Below are positions 30,036 through 40,266 of a DNA stretch of 64,000 nucleotides, piece by piece; position 1 is the first letter of the stretch; every line of letters starts with the position of its first letter. Origin of the DNA: a bacterium (GTDB taxonomy: Bacteria; UBA8248); assembly GCA_965207065.1 (NCBI GenBank), contig OZ242260.1, positions 512,001-576,000 on the forward strand. Reading direction: 5' to 3'. The notes under the pieces were generated by a model that saw only the letters and a list, made by a program, of their open reading frames with translations, did not search any database and had not been told where the DNA came from. A program made the translations under genes and the position numbers.

Positions 30036-30875
30036 ATGAAATTCGGCGTCGCGATTTTCCCGACCGATTATTCCATCGCCCCGCACGAAGTCGCCAAGGA
30101 AGCGGAAGACCGGGGCTTCGAGTCCATTTTCTTCCCGGAGCACACCCACATTCCGGCGAGCCGAAAAACCCCCTGGCCCGGCGGCGCGGAACTCCCGCTT
30201 GAATACTCGCACTCACTCGATCTATTCGTGGGCCTCGGAGCAGCGGCGGCGGCGACGGAAAAAATCATGCTGGGCACGGGCATCTGCCTCGTCATCGAGC
30301 GCGACCCCATCGTCCTCGCCAACGAGGTGGCCTCGCTCGATCACATCTCGAACGGCCGCGTGCTTTTCGGAATCGGCGGCGGCTGGAACCGCGAGGAGAT
30401 GGAAAACCACGGAACGAACTATGAGAAGCGGTGGATCATCCTGCGCGAGCGCATCGAGGCGATGAAAGCCATCTGGACGGAGGATGAGGCCAGCTATCAC
30501 GGGGATTTCGTGGATTTCGAGCGCATCTGGTCCTGGCCCAAGCCGATACAGAAGCCGCACCCGCCAATTTTCGTGGGCGGCAACGGCGCCAGAACGCTCG
30601 AGCGCGTGATTCGCTACGGGGATGAATGGATGCCGCTGCCCCGGGGAGACATGGACCTCTCGCCGCGAATCCGGGAACTTCAGGATATGGCGGCCAAGGC
30701 GGGGCGTGCGCCCATTCCCGTCAGCATTTTCTTTGCACCACCAGACGTAGACAAGCTTCGCGCTCTTGAGAGCAATGGAGTGGGGAGGAGCATTTTCATC
30801 CTGCCATCGGCGAAGGCCGACGTCGTCTTGCCGATACTCGACGAGTTGGCTGGCGTCGTGGCGCAATACGGCTAA
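30036..30875 (+). CDS. LLM-class, probably F420-dependent, oxidoreductase
   Basis: FPEHTHIP, LGTGICL, RDPI, GGWNREEM.NHG, PKP.Q.PHPP. Confidence 0.88.
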   Translation: MKFGVAIFPTDYSIAPHEVAKEAEDRGFESIFFPEHTHIPASRKTPWPGGAELPLEYSHSLDLFVGLGAAAAATEKIMLGTGICLVIERDPIVLANEVASLDHISNGRVLFGIGGGWNREEMENHGTNYEKRWIILRERIEAMKAIWTEDEASYHGDFVDFERIWSWPKPIQKPHPPIFVGGNGARTLERVIRYGDEWMPLPRGDMDLSPRIRELQDMAAKAGRAPIPVSIFFAPPDVDKLRALESNGVGRSIFILPSAKADVVLPILDELAGVVAQYG

Positions 30876-30885
30876 GAGCAAAAAG

Positions 30886-30925
30886 AAAAGGCCCCCGGTA
30901 GTTTCAACCCGCCGGGGGCCTTTTT
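30886..30925. terminator. Bidirectional intrinsic terminator
   Basis: AAAAGGCCCCCGG...CCGGGGGCCTTTT between convergent genes. Confidence 0.8.
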
Positions 30926-30937
30926 CGCTTGAATGCG

Positions 30938-31402
30938 CTAGTGGCAGATGATCCCGTGTTTCTCGGCATACTGCTGGTGGTAGTCCTCGCCCATCCAGAA
31001 CCGCGACGCCGGTGTAATCTCGGTCACAATCGGGCCCCAATGACGCCCCGATTCCTCCTGCTCCCGCTTCGAAGACTGCGCAGCGGCCTCCTGCTCGGGC
31101 GAGAAGAAATAAACCGCCGAGCGGTACTGGGTGCCCACATCCGGTCCCTGGCGGTTCAGCGTGCACGGATCGTGAATGCGCCAGAACAGATCCAAAAGCT
31201 CCTGATAGGAAACCTTTTCGGGTTCAAACTCCAGATATACGACCTCCGCATGTCCTGTACGGCCCGCACATACTTCCCGGTAGGTCGGCTCGTCTTTCGC
31301 ACCGCCCGAGTACCCCACAGCGGTGTATCCCACCCCTTCCACCTTGCGGAACGCCGCCTCCACTCCCCAGAAACAACCTGCTCCGAACATGGCCTTTTCC
31401 AT
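30938..31402 (-). CDS. msrA: Peptide methionine sulfoxide reductase A
   Basis: [30 protein letters not shown]. Confidence 0.95.
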   Translation of the reverse strand: MEKAMFGAGCFWGVEAAFRKVEGVGYTAVGYSGGAKDEPTYREVCAGRTGHAEVVYLEFEPEKVSYQELLDLFWRIHDPCTLNRQGPDVGTQYRSAVYFFSPEQEAAAQSSKREQEESGRHWGPIVTEITPASRFWMGEDYHQQYAEKHGIICH

Positions 31403-31431
31403 AAACAACGCTCCTCACTGAAAGACAAGAA

Positions 31432-32529
31432 TTACGGATCTACTTCCACACTCCCGGGCGGGCCTTCCACCACCTCGCCGAAAACGGCGGCGGGAGCCAC
31501 ACCAGCTCCGTGCAGTTCGTCCAACAAGGCGCCCGCCTTGTCCGCATCCACTGCGATGATGAGTCCGCCGGAGGTCTGCGCATCATTGAGCAAGGCGAGC
31601 ATCTCCTCATCGACGCCCGGTTTCGCCTCGACGAACGGCTTCGTCCATAAGCGGTTGCGGTCGCCCCCTCCTGCGGTACCCGCGATAGCGTGTGGAAGCA
31701 AATCCTCGAACCGGGGCACATCGGAGAAAACGACGCGCGCTCGCGCGCCACTGGCCTCCATCACATTGTGCAGATGGCCCAGAAGGCCGAACCCGGTGAC
31801 GTCCGTGCAGGCGTTCACGCCTACGCGCATCATGCACTCGCTCGCCTTTCTATTCAGCGACTTCATCGAATTCACCGCCTCTTCGAACACGCCGTCGAGG
31901 AGTTTTCCGTTTTTTCCGAAAATACCGCGCGCGGCCCGAACCACCGGGTTCACCTGTTTCATCACGTTCGTCACCACGCCAGTACCGATTTTCTTCGTCA
32001 AAACAAGCTTATCACCGGGTTTCGCCCCCTGGTTCGTCACCATCTCTCTGGGGTCGACCGTTCCTGTGACGGCGATGCCGTATTTGGGCTCCACGTCATC
32101 CACGCTGTGGCCACCCAAGATGACGCCGCCCGCCTCGCGCATCTTGTCCGCACCGCCTGCCAGGATTCTCCCCAGCACGTCCAGACCGATATGGCAGGGA
32201 AACCCCACCAGATTCAGTCCGGTAATCGGCTGCGCGCCCATGGTGAAGCAATCGCTCAGCGCGTTGGCAGCGGCTATCTGGCCATAGTCGTAAGGATCGT
32301 CCACGATGGGCGTGAAAAAATCCACCGTCTGGACGATGGCCAGATCCTCTCTGAGTCGATAAACGCCCGTATCGTCCCCGGCGTTCGTTCCGTAGAGCAG
32401 GTTGGGGTCCGAAAACGGCTCAAACTGGCTCAAAGCCTCTCGCAGGTCCTCCGGACCCAGCTTCGAACCTCACCCGCCCGCCTTGACCATCCGGGTAAGT
32501 TGTACTTTTCTCTCCGATGCAGTCGCCAT
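31432..32529 (-). CDS. selD: Selenophosphate synthetase, selenocysteine-containing (UGA at codon 20)
   Basis: ATG 32529 reads MATASERKVQLTRMVKAGG-UGA-GSKLGPEDL in frame with the 333-aa ORF (DD.GVY, QTVDFFTP, GGHS, DVTGFGLLGH, DAQTSGGL). Confidence 0.93.
32444..32458 (-). promoter_or_regulatory. Putative bacterial SECIS hairpin of selD
   Basis: GGGUCC-GGA-GGACCU stem-loop, loop 17 nt after the UGA at 32470-32472. Confidence 0.6.
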
Positions 32530-32661
32530 TCTCTCTCCTGATATCCCGACGCGGCTTGGGAAAATTCCCGTCCGGGGGGATAATAATACATCTTCAGATG
32601 ATAGACAAAAAACTGATTTCTTTCCCCTGTTTCCAATGAATGCGCCAGAAAGGACTCCTGA

Positions 32662-33630
32662 ATGAAAGTCGTGATTTCAGATGATTACCAAGACTGCATC
32701 CGCCACCTCGAGTGTTTCTCAAAAATGGGTGGCCACGACGTGACTATCCACAACGATACGAAGGACAACATCGACGCCCTTGCTGAGCGGTTCCGGGACG
32801 CAGAAGCCATCGTCCTGATCAGGGAGCGCACCCACATCACCGAAGCACTGCTCGCCAGACTCCCCAATCTCAAAATCGTGAGCCAGACGGGCGCCGGCTT
32901 CGGCGGGCACGTCGACCTGGAAGCCTGCACCCGCCACAAAGTGGCCGTGGCCGCAGGGGGGACCGGCACGCACTCCACGTGTGAACTCACCTGGGGCCTC
33001 ATCCACTGCGCCATACGCTCCATCCCTCAGGAAATCAAAAACCTGGAGAATGGCGGCTGGCAGACTACACTGGGTGAGGACTTGTTCGGCAAAACGCTCG
33101 GCGTGTATTCCTACGGCAACATCGGCAGTCAGGTAGCTGCAGTGGGAAAAGCGTTCGGCATGGACGTCATCACCTACGGAAGAGAGGGTTCCGCCGAGCG
33201 CGCCCGTACGGACGGCATCCCGATGGCGGGCAGCAAGGAGGCGCTCTTCGCGGAGTCCGACATCGTAAGCCTCCATATCCGCCTGATTCCCCAGACGAGT
33301 GGCATCGTGACGGCGAAGGACTTGAGCCTCATGAAGCCGAGCGCCCTTTTGGTGAACACCAGCCGCGCAGGGCTGATAGAAGAAGGCGCCCTCGAAGCCG
33401 CGCTCAAGGCGGGAAGGCCCGGTTTCGCCGCCGTGGACGTGTATGAGCAAGAGCCCGTCCGGGGAGCCGAACACCCGCTCATCAGCATGGAGAACGCGGT
33501 TTGCACGCCGCATCTGGGCTACGTCACGAGAGGCACGTTTGAGAGATATTTCGGTATCGCCTTTGATCAAATCAACGCTTACGCCGACGGGAAGCCGATA
33601 AACATCCACAACCCCGAAGTCCTGGAGTGA
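32662..33630 (+). CDS. D-2-hydroxyacid dehydrogenase family protein
   Basis: IRERT, G.YSYGNIG, VNTSRA, DVYEQEP, TPHLGY. Confidence 0.9.
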   Translation: MKVVISDDYQDCIRHLECFSKMGGHDVTIHNDTKDNIDALAERFRDAEAIVLIRERTHITEALLARLPNLKIVSQTGAGFGGHVDLEACTRHKVAVAAGGTGTHSTCELTWGLIHCAIRSIPQEIKNLENGGWQTTLGEDLFGKTLGVYSYGNIGSQVAAVGKAFGMDVITYGREGSAERARTDGIPMAGSKEALFAESDIVSLHIRLIPQTSGIVTAKDLSLMKPSALLVNTSRAGLIEEGALEAALKAGRPGFAAVDVYEQEPVRGAEHPLISMENAVCTPHLGYVTRGTFERYFGIAFDQINAYADGKPINIHNPEVLE

Positions 33631-33721
33631 GGATTATATCGTGCCGATCCTGTATTCGGCTTGATTTTTTGCGCAAGGCGGTGTTCAATCGCCTCCCGAA
33701 GCTGGGAAATCACTTACATCT

Positions 33722-34879
33722 TTGAGGTTCACCAACTTGGAATTTGCTTTTAACGAGCGCCAGGAACTCATGCGCCGCACGCTGCATGAGCTTCTGGAGC
33801 GGGTCTGTCCCCCTGAATACGCAATGGATTGTGACAAGAAGGGCGACGCTCCCGTCGAGGCATACAAGGCCTTGGCTGATGATGGCTGGATAGGCGTATC
33901 CACGCCAGAGGAATACGGCGGCATGGGAGGCGACGCGCTCGATCTGGCCCTAGTCCTGGAAACGGCAGGCATGCACTATCTGGACCTCGCCACCATGATC
34001 TTCAGAAACGTCTGCTACGGTGTGGACGCCCTCCTCGTCAGTGGAACAGATGCCCAGAAAAATGACTTCATCCCCGCCACCATCCAGGGAGAGAAGTATT
34101 TCGCATTTAGTCTCACCGAACCCGACGCCGGCTCAGACGCCGCGGCCATCATCGCCCGCGCGGACCGCGAAGAAGACCGCTTCCGTCTCACGGGCACGAA
34201 AAACTTCACTTCCGGCATGCCGACGGCCACGCATATCCTCGTCGCCGCGCGAACGGACAACTCGGGCGCCAAGCACGAGGGCATCACGAATTTCATCATC
34301 CCTGCCGACGCCGAGGGCGTCACCTGGTCGAAGCTCGATTTGCTCGGCCACCGGGCGATGGGCACCTGCGTGGCGCATTATGACGCCGTGGAGGCGGGCA
34401 TAGACGACGTTCTAGGGGAGGTGGGGGACGGCTGGCAAGGCCTGATGGCGTACATTACCACCGAGCGTCTGTGCCTCTCCGCAGCGCGAACGGGCGCGGC
34501 GGCGGCCGCTCTTGAGCTGGCTCTGAGTCACGCGAAGGAGAGGAAACAGTTCGGCCGCCCCATCGGCAAGTTCCAGGCCGTCAGCCACATGCTCACTGAG
34601 ATGCACATGCTCGTCGACACGGCGCGGCTCCAGGTTTACCGGTTCGCCTGGCTGGTCTCGCAGGGAAAAGCGGGGCGCATCGAGGCGGCGACACTCAAGC
34701 TCTACGCTGGAGAGGCATATAAGCGGGTGGCCGACCTGGGCGTTCAGGTGATGGGCGGGTACGGCTACAGCGGAGAATACGCCATGGAGCGTCACTACCG
34801 CGACGCGCGTCTGGCCACTATCGGCGCGGGCACGAGCGAGGTGCAGAGAAACATCATCGCCAAGGCCCTGGGGTTGTAG
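33722..34879 (+). CDS. Acyl-CoA dehydrogenase
   Basis: PEEYGG, FSLTEPDAGSD, R.QFGRPIGKFQ, MGGYGY, IGAGTSE. Confidence 0.92.
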   Translation: MRFTNLEFAFNERQELMRRTLHELLERVCPPEYAMDCDKKGDAPVEAYKALADDGWIGVSTPEEYGGMGGDALDLALVLETAGMHYLDLATMIFRNVCYGVDALLVSGTDAQKNDFIPATIQGEKYFAFSLTEPDAGSDAAAIIARADREEDRFRLTGTKNFTSGMPTATHILVAARTDNSGAKHEGITNFIIPADAEGVTWSKLDLLGHRAMGTCVAHYDAVEAGIDDVLGEVGDGWQGLMAYITTERLCLSAARTGAAAAALELALSHAKERKQFGRPIGKFQAVSHMLTEMHMLVDTARLQVYRFAWLVSQGKAGRIEAATLKLYAGEAYKRVADLGVQVMGGYGYSGEYAMERHYRDARLATIGAGTSEVQRNIIAKALGL

Positions 34880-34972
34880 GAATTTCGCTGAGGATGCTTG
34901 AAGATTTCCCCAAAAGAACCGAAACTGAAGACTATCCAAACGATAAAGCGATTATCTTGAGGAAGCGAATTC

Positions 34973-35440
34973 ATGCCGTTGGATAAAAGCGTACTGGAGA
35001 GAACCTTCCCAGATTTCGAATTCCGGGTCGAACGCGGCAAAATCAGGGAATACGCTCTCGTCCTGGGGCTTACCGACCCGGTGCACACGGATGTGGAGGC
35101 CGCACGAGCCGCGGGTTTTGATGATCTGCTTGCTCCGCCGACGTTCGTGCGCCAGTTCTGGCACGAAAATCCCGAGAACGACCCCATGCCCCATCTCGGC
35201 TACGACCCCAAGCGCCGTCTCCACGGGGAGCAGGAATTCGAATACCACAAGCCCCTGGTCGCCGGCATGAACCTTAAGGGGCAAAACGCCATCGTCTCCA
35301 CCCGCGAGAAGGAAGGCCGCCGGGGCGGGATGATGACCTTCGTCGTAATCGAAACCAGATTCTTGGACGAGACGGGCGAACTGGTTCAGGTGGCGAGGCG
35401 AACTCTCATCGAGACCGCGGCCCCACCCAAAGAGGCCTGA
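34973..35440 (+). CDS. MaoC/FAS1-like dehydratase N-terminal half protein
   Basis: VERGKIRE, APPTF, LHGEQEFEY. Confidence 0.85.
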   Translation: MPLDKSVLERTFPDFEFRVERGKIREYALVLGLTDPVHTDVEAARAAGFDDLLAPPTFVRQFWHENPENDPMPHLGYDPKRRLHGEQEFEYHKPLVAGMNLKGQNAIVSTREKEGRRGGMMTFVVIETRFLDETGELVQVARRTLIETAAPPKEA

Positions 35441-35452
35441 TGGAGCATTTAC

Positions 35453-35884
35453 ATGACGATAGCTACAAAATACGCGAAATGGGAAGAACTTGCCGAGGGT
35501 ACAGAGCGTGAACTGACGGTTGGCCCCATCACCCGGACGGACCTCGTTCGCTACGCAGGAGCCAGCGGAGATTTCAACCCCAACCACCACGATGAGATTT
35601 ACGCCATCCGGGCTGGGTTCGACAAACCCTTCGCGCACGGGATGCTCCAGGGCGGATATCTTGCCCGCCTTCTCAGTGAATGGCTGGGGCCGGATTCGTT
35701 CAAGAACTTGAAAATACGCTTCAGCGCGCAAGCATGGCCGGGCGACATGGTGATTTGCAAGGCCAGGGTCGTGCGTCAATATGAAGAGGCAGAGCAACCG
35801 ATGGTCGAAATCGAGGCGAGCGCCGAGAATCAGCGCGGCGATGTGCTCATCAAGGCGACGGCGACAGCCGCTCCCCAATCTTAA
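35453..35884 (+). CDS. MaoC-family (R)-enoyl-CoA hydratase subunit
   Basis: YAGASGDFNPNH, AHGML. Confidence 0.88.
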   Translation: MTIATKYAKWEELAEGTERELTVGPITRTDLVRYAGASGDFNPNHHDEIYAIRAGFDKPFAHGMLQGGYLARLLSEWLGPDSFKNLKIRFSAQAWPGDMVICKARVVRQYEEAEQPMVEIEASAENQRGDVLIKATATAAPQS

Positions 35885-35900
35885 TTTAAGGAATTCTCTG

Positions 35901-37112
35901 ATGCTGGCAGGCTACCGCATCCTCGATCTTGGACAGGTTATCGCAGGCACCATCGGCAGCATGATTCTCGCCGACATGGGCGCCGAGGTCATCAAGGTCG
36001 AATCTCCCCAGGGCGATATCGGGCGCAACCCCGCCATTGCGGGCATCGGCCCCGTTTCGAGCATCTTCCTCACCTTCAACCGGGGAAAGAAGGGCATCGT
36101 CATCGACCTGAAAAAGCCCGAAGGCAAGGAAGTGTTCTTGGACCTGGTGGAAAAATCAGACGCCGTGATGGTGAACTTCAGGCCCGGCACGATGGATCGG
36201 CTGGGACTTGGATATGACGTCATGAAGCGGAGAAACCCCGACATCGTGTTCGTCGATTCGAGCGGATACGGGGAACAAGGCCCCTGGCGCGATAAACCGG
36301 CCTTCGATCTCGTCGAACAGGCCGTAAGCGGCCACATGGCCATCACAGGCGAGCCGAACCGCCCGCCCGCCAGGAACGGCTCGCCCACGGCAGATATCTC
36401 TACAGCCCTCTACACCGCCATCGCCTGTATGGCGGGCTTGCTGGCCAAGGCGAAAGGAAGAAGCGGAGCCCACCTCGAAGTGCCGATGTTCGACGTCCAA
36501 CTCGCCATGCTCGGCTATATTTCGACCATGTATCTCAACAACGGCGATATTCCCGAGCCGCCCGGCAACGCGCATGAGTACATGGTGCCCTACCAGGCGT
36601 TTCCGACGGCCACGATCTACATCGTACTCTCCCCACGCGAGGAACGTTTTTGGAAAAAGATGTGCGAGGTCATGGGAATGGCCGAACTGGCTGACGACCC
36701 GCGCTTCCGCACGAACGACCTGCGCTCCGAGAACAGGGACGTCCTTCTGCCCATTATGGAAGAAATTCTCATGACCCGCTCGGGCGAGGAGTGGATTGAA
36801 CTCTTCGAGGCGGCGGGGGTGCCCTCCGCACCTGTTAACCCGCTCGATCGAGCACTCGACAATGAGCAGGTCGAGGCGAGGCGTCTCATTAGAGAATATG
36901 AATACCCCGAAGTCGGAACGGTAAAAATTGTGGGCAACCCCATCCTGAACCGCACGGAAAACGGAAACCCGGACCCAGAACCCGCTCCCCTTCACGGGGG
37001 CGATTCCGAGGACATACTCCGCGAGCTTCTTCATTACAAGGATGAACAAATCCACACACTCATCGATTCCAGGGTGGTCATCGCTACCGGCTCCGAAGTT
37101 TCCAAAAAATAA
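35901..37112 (+). CDS. Class III CoA-transferase (CaiB/BaiF)
   Basis: LADMGAEVIKVE, NRGKK, NFRPG, SGYG, catalytic Asp in TADI. Confidence 0.92.
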   Translation: MLAGYRILDLGQVIAGTIGSMILADMGAEVIKVESPQGDIGRNPAIAGIGPVSSIFLTFNRGKKGIVIDLKKPEGKEVFLDLVEKSDAVMVNFRPGTMDRLGLGYDVMKRRNPDIVFVDSSGYGEQGPWRDKPAFDLVEQAVSGHMAITGEPNRPPARNGSPTADISTALYTAIACMAGLLAKAKGRSGAHLEVPMFDVQLAMLGYISTMYLNNGDIPEPPGNAHEYMVPYQAFPTATIYIVLSPREERFWKKMCEVMGMAELADDPRFRTNDLRSENRDVLLPIMEEILMTRSGEEWIELFEAAGVPSAPVNPLDRALDNEQVEARRLIREYEYPEVGTVKIVGNPILNRTENGNPDPEPAPLHGGDSEDILRELLHYKDEQIHTLIDSRVVIATGSEVSKK

Positions 37113-37311
37113 GCAGCGCCAGTCATCGCCGGCGCTATTATCGAACTGAAAACCGCGCTTTTCCCATTCCCCATCGAATACACTCCCGAAAAAGTCCGGA
37201 ATTTAAGTAGAATTTCACAAAATTATGTCGATCCGGGGTTGATTTCGTTTTATTTTCGTTATATTGTTCGTCTTATCTTTGCTACTCCACGACACAACCC
37301 GGAGATGTGCC

Positions 37312-38844
37312 ATGCTTGCCAAAACCCAAGCAGCAGCCGTATTGGGCGTAGACGCCTACCCTGTCGAAGTGGAAGTCGACCTCGCCTCAGGTCTTCCCTA
37401 TTACGCCACTGTCGGCCTGCCCGACGCCGCCGTTAAGGAGAGCAAGGACAGGATTCGGGCCGCCATCTTTAACACGGGCTTCATCTACCCGATGGGGCGC
37501 ATCACCGTCAGCCTCTCACCAGCAGACGTCCGCAAGGAGGGCAGCGCCTTCGATTTGCCCATTGCGCTCTCCATACTGCGCGCGAACGGCGTGTTTCACT
37601 CACGCTCTCAAATGGAGGATTCCCTGCTATTTCTGGGTGAATTGGCGCTGGATGGTTCCCTGCGGCCCATCCGGGGAGCGCTCAACATCGCCGTTCTCGC
37701 CAAGAAGATGGGCAAGCGCGGCCTCGTCCTCCCGGCGGAGAACGCTCCCGAAGCGGCCGTGGTCGACAAACTCGAGGTCTATCCCGTACACACGCTTCCC
37801 CAGGTGGTGGGATTCATCCGCGAAGAAATCGATATTCCTCCGGCGTGCTGCCAGAAAAACGGAATAGAGACAAAACAGACTGAAGGAATCGATTTCTCGG
37901 ACATCCGGGGACAGCACCAGGCCAAGCGCTCCGTCGAGGTCGCTGCCGCTGGCTCGCACAATCTGTTGATGATAGGCCCACCCGGCAGCGGAAAAAGTAT
38001 GTTGGCAAAAAGATTCCCCACGATACTCCCCCCACTCTCATTGGATGAGGCCATCGAGACCAGCCAGGTGTGGAGCGTGCTCGGCAAGCTCACGAAGCAT
38101 GATTCCCTGATTCAGGAACGACCCTTCCGCGCCCCGCACCACACCATCAGCGACGCAGGCCTTGTGGGCGGAGGCGCGCTCCCGCTGCCCGGTGAGGCCT
38201 CACTCGCGCACAACGGCGTGTTGTTCCTCGATGAACTGCCCGAGTTTCGGAAAAACGTGCTCGAATCCCTGCGTGGTCCGCTCGAAGACGGGAAGATCAC
38301 CATCAGCAGAGCGCAGGCGAGCCTCTCGTTTCCGGCTCGCTTTATGCTAACCGCCGCGATGAACCCCTGCATTTGCGGCCTGCGGACGGACGGCGCATGC
38401 ACCTGTACGCCCAAGCAGGTGGCCCGGTACCGCTCGCGCATCTCGGGGCCGATTCTCGATCGCATCGACATCCACATCAACGTGCCGAGAGTACCCTGGA
38501 AAGAGCTGGCCGAAGACCCAGAGGGCGAGAGTTCCGCGACGATCAGAAACCGCGTTCTCGCGGCGCAGAAGATTCAGAAAGCGCGCTTCAAGGACCACCC
38601 AGGTATTTACGCCAACGCCCACATGGGGCCCGCTCTCATCAACGAACACTGCAAGCTCGACGCCGAGGGAAGACGCCTGCTCAAGCTAGCGGTGGAGAAA
38701 CTGGGCCTATCGGCGCGCGCTTATCATCGCGTGCTGAAAGTGGCGCGGACCATAAGCGATCTGGCCGGGGAAAGAGACATCTCTCCCCAGCATGTGGCGG
38801 AGGCGGTTCAGTACCGCCAACTGGACAGACAGATGCCCGTCTGA
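37312..38844 (+). CDS. comM: YifB/ComM Mg-chelatase-like AAA ATPase
   Basis: VGLPD, KEGSAFDLPIA, GPPGSGKSML, PFRAPHHT, FLDELPEF, LSARAY. Confidence 0.93.
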   Translation: MLAKTQAAAVLGVDAYPVEVEVDLASGLPYYATVGLPDAAVKESKDRIRAAIFNTGFIYPMGRITVSLSPADVRKEGSAFDLPIALSILRANGVFHSRSQMEDSLLFLGELALDGSLRPIRGALNIAVLAKKMGKRGLVLPAENAPEAAVVDKLEVYPVHTLPQVVGFIREEIDIPPACCQKNGIETKQTEGIDFSDIRGQHQAKRSVEVAAAGSHNLLMIGPPGSGKSMLAKRFPTILPPLSLDEAIETSQVWSVLGKLTKHDSLIQERPFRAPHHTISDAGLVGGGALPLPGEASLAHNGVLFLDELPEFRKNVLESLRGPLEDGKITISRAQASLSFPARFMLTAAMNPCICGLRTDGACTCTPKQVARYRSRISGPILDRIDIHINVPRVPWKELAEDPEGESSATIRNRVLAAQKIQKARFKDHPGIYANAHMGPALINEHCKLDAEGRRLLKLAVEKLGLSARAYHRVLKVARTISDLAGERDISPQHVAEAVQYRQLDRQMPV

Positions 38845-38976
38845 ACCTTGCGGCCTCGATATTGAGATTGACGCGCATTCGCCTTGTTTGTAATTTCAAA
38901 AAAAAAGCGCAGCCAATACATGCGCGCCCAATTTGGGCTATACTGGTTGCATCTACCACCATAGAGGTTTTCGGAT

Positions 38977-40092
38977 ATGGGAACCGAATACGCTTGGTTT
39001 CTCCCGTCGGCCAGGGCGGGTGACGGCCAAAAGATCAACACCCGGAAGCCTGAGCGAAAACCCACCATCGAGTATCTCTCGCGCGTTGCGAGCGCCGCCG
39101 AGCGGGCCGGTTTCGTAAACCTTCTGGTGCCCACAGGCACCCACTGCCTGGACGCCTGGCTCGTGGCCGCGGGCGTAGCGCAGCATACCGAAAGAATCAA
39201 ATTTTGCGTGGCGTTTCGACCGGGTCTCACCAGCCCCGTATTCGCCGCCCAGACGGCGAGTACACTCGATACGCTCACCGGCGGTCGCTTGACGCTCAAC
39301 GTCGTCACCGGATCGAGCCATACTGAGCAGATGCGCTACGGCGACCACCTTGTACATGATGAGCGCTACGACAGGACGGAGGAGTTTCTGGAAATCGTCA
39401 CACGAATCTGGAGCGCCGACGCTCCCATCACCTACCAAGGGAAGTATTTCGACATCAGAGAAGCCGCCTTTTTCCCGATCCACGTCTCAAAACCCTGGCC
39501 GCCTATCTATCTCGGCGGAAGCTCGGAGCCCGGCCGCCGGGTGGGAGCGAAATTCTCGGACGTGCACATGATGTACGCCGTGGATTTGGAGACCATCGCC
39601 AAGGACGCGCTCGACATGAAGCGTCGCGCCGCGGAGGTCGGCCGCGAAGAGCAGATAAAATTCGGCGTCCGGATGCACATCCTTTGCCGGGAGACAAAGG
39701 AGGAGGCAAAAAAAGCCGCACAAGCGCTCATCGAGGGGAGCGACATCTCGAACGTGCAGGTCTGGGCCGATTTGAAGACCAAATCGGAGAGCATCGGCCA
39801 GACGCGCGTGAACGAACTGGCGAAGGGCGAATCTCTCTGGATCACCGACACCTTGTGGATGGGCGTGAACACGGTTCGCGCGGGCCCGGGCGCCTGCCTG
39901 GTGGGAACGCCGGACATGATCGCCAAGGCGCTCAAGGAATACGTGGACGTGGGCGTTCACACGTTCATTCTCTCCGGCTGGCCGCACGTCGAGGAAGTCG
40001 AGATATTCGGACGCGAGATAATGCCCCTGCTCGAGGATACGGAGCCCATCACCCTGGAGCAACCCTTACCCGCACTCGCGGAATACGATTGA
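38977..40092 (+). CDS. LLM flavin-dependent monooxygenase, SsuD-like (copy 1)
   Basis: WFLP, LVPTG..C.DAW, AFRPG, NVVTG, HDERY, YLGGSS, LVG, FILSG.PH.EE. Confidence 0.9.
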   Translation: MGTEYAWFLPSARAGDGQKINTRKPERKPTIEYLSRVASAAERAGFVNLLVPTGTHCLDAWLVAAGVAQHTERIKFCVAFRPGLTSPVFAAQTASTLDTLTGGRLTLNVVTGSSHTEQMRYGDHLVHDERYDRTEEFLEIVTRIWSADAPITYQGKYFDIREAAFFPIHVSKPWPPIYLGGSSEPGRRVGAKFSDVHMMYAVDLETIAKDALDMKRRAAEVGREEQIKFGVRMHILCRETKEEAKKAAQALIEGSDISNVQVWADLKTKSESIGQTRVNELAKGESLWITDTLWMGVNTVRAGPGACLVGTPDMIAKALKEYVDVGVHTFILSGWPHVEEVEIFGREIMPLLEDTEPITLEQPLPALAEYD

Positions 40093-40266
40093 AGATAAAG
40101 AATACCGCCAACTCAACTGACAGATGCCCGTCAGATCCTCACGGCCCCGGTCTTGAGATTGACGCGCTTCCACCTTGTTTGTATTTTCAGAATCAGGCGA
40201 AGCGAATACATGCGCGCCCATTTCGCGCTATACTGAGCGCATCTCTCACCACTGAGGTATTGGGAT

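Noticed and set aside
38812-40135. comM 3'-end duplication as an integrative-element att site
   Set aside because: The whole downstream gene is duplicated too and no recombinase is present; simple tandem duplication explains it.
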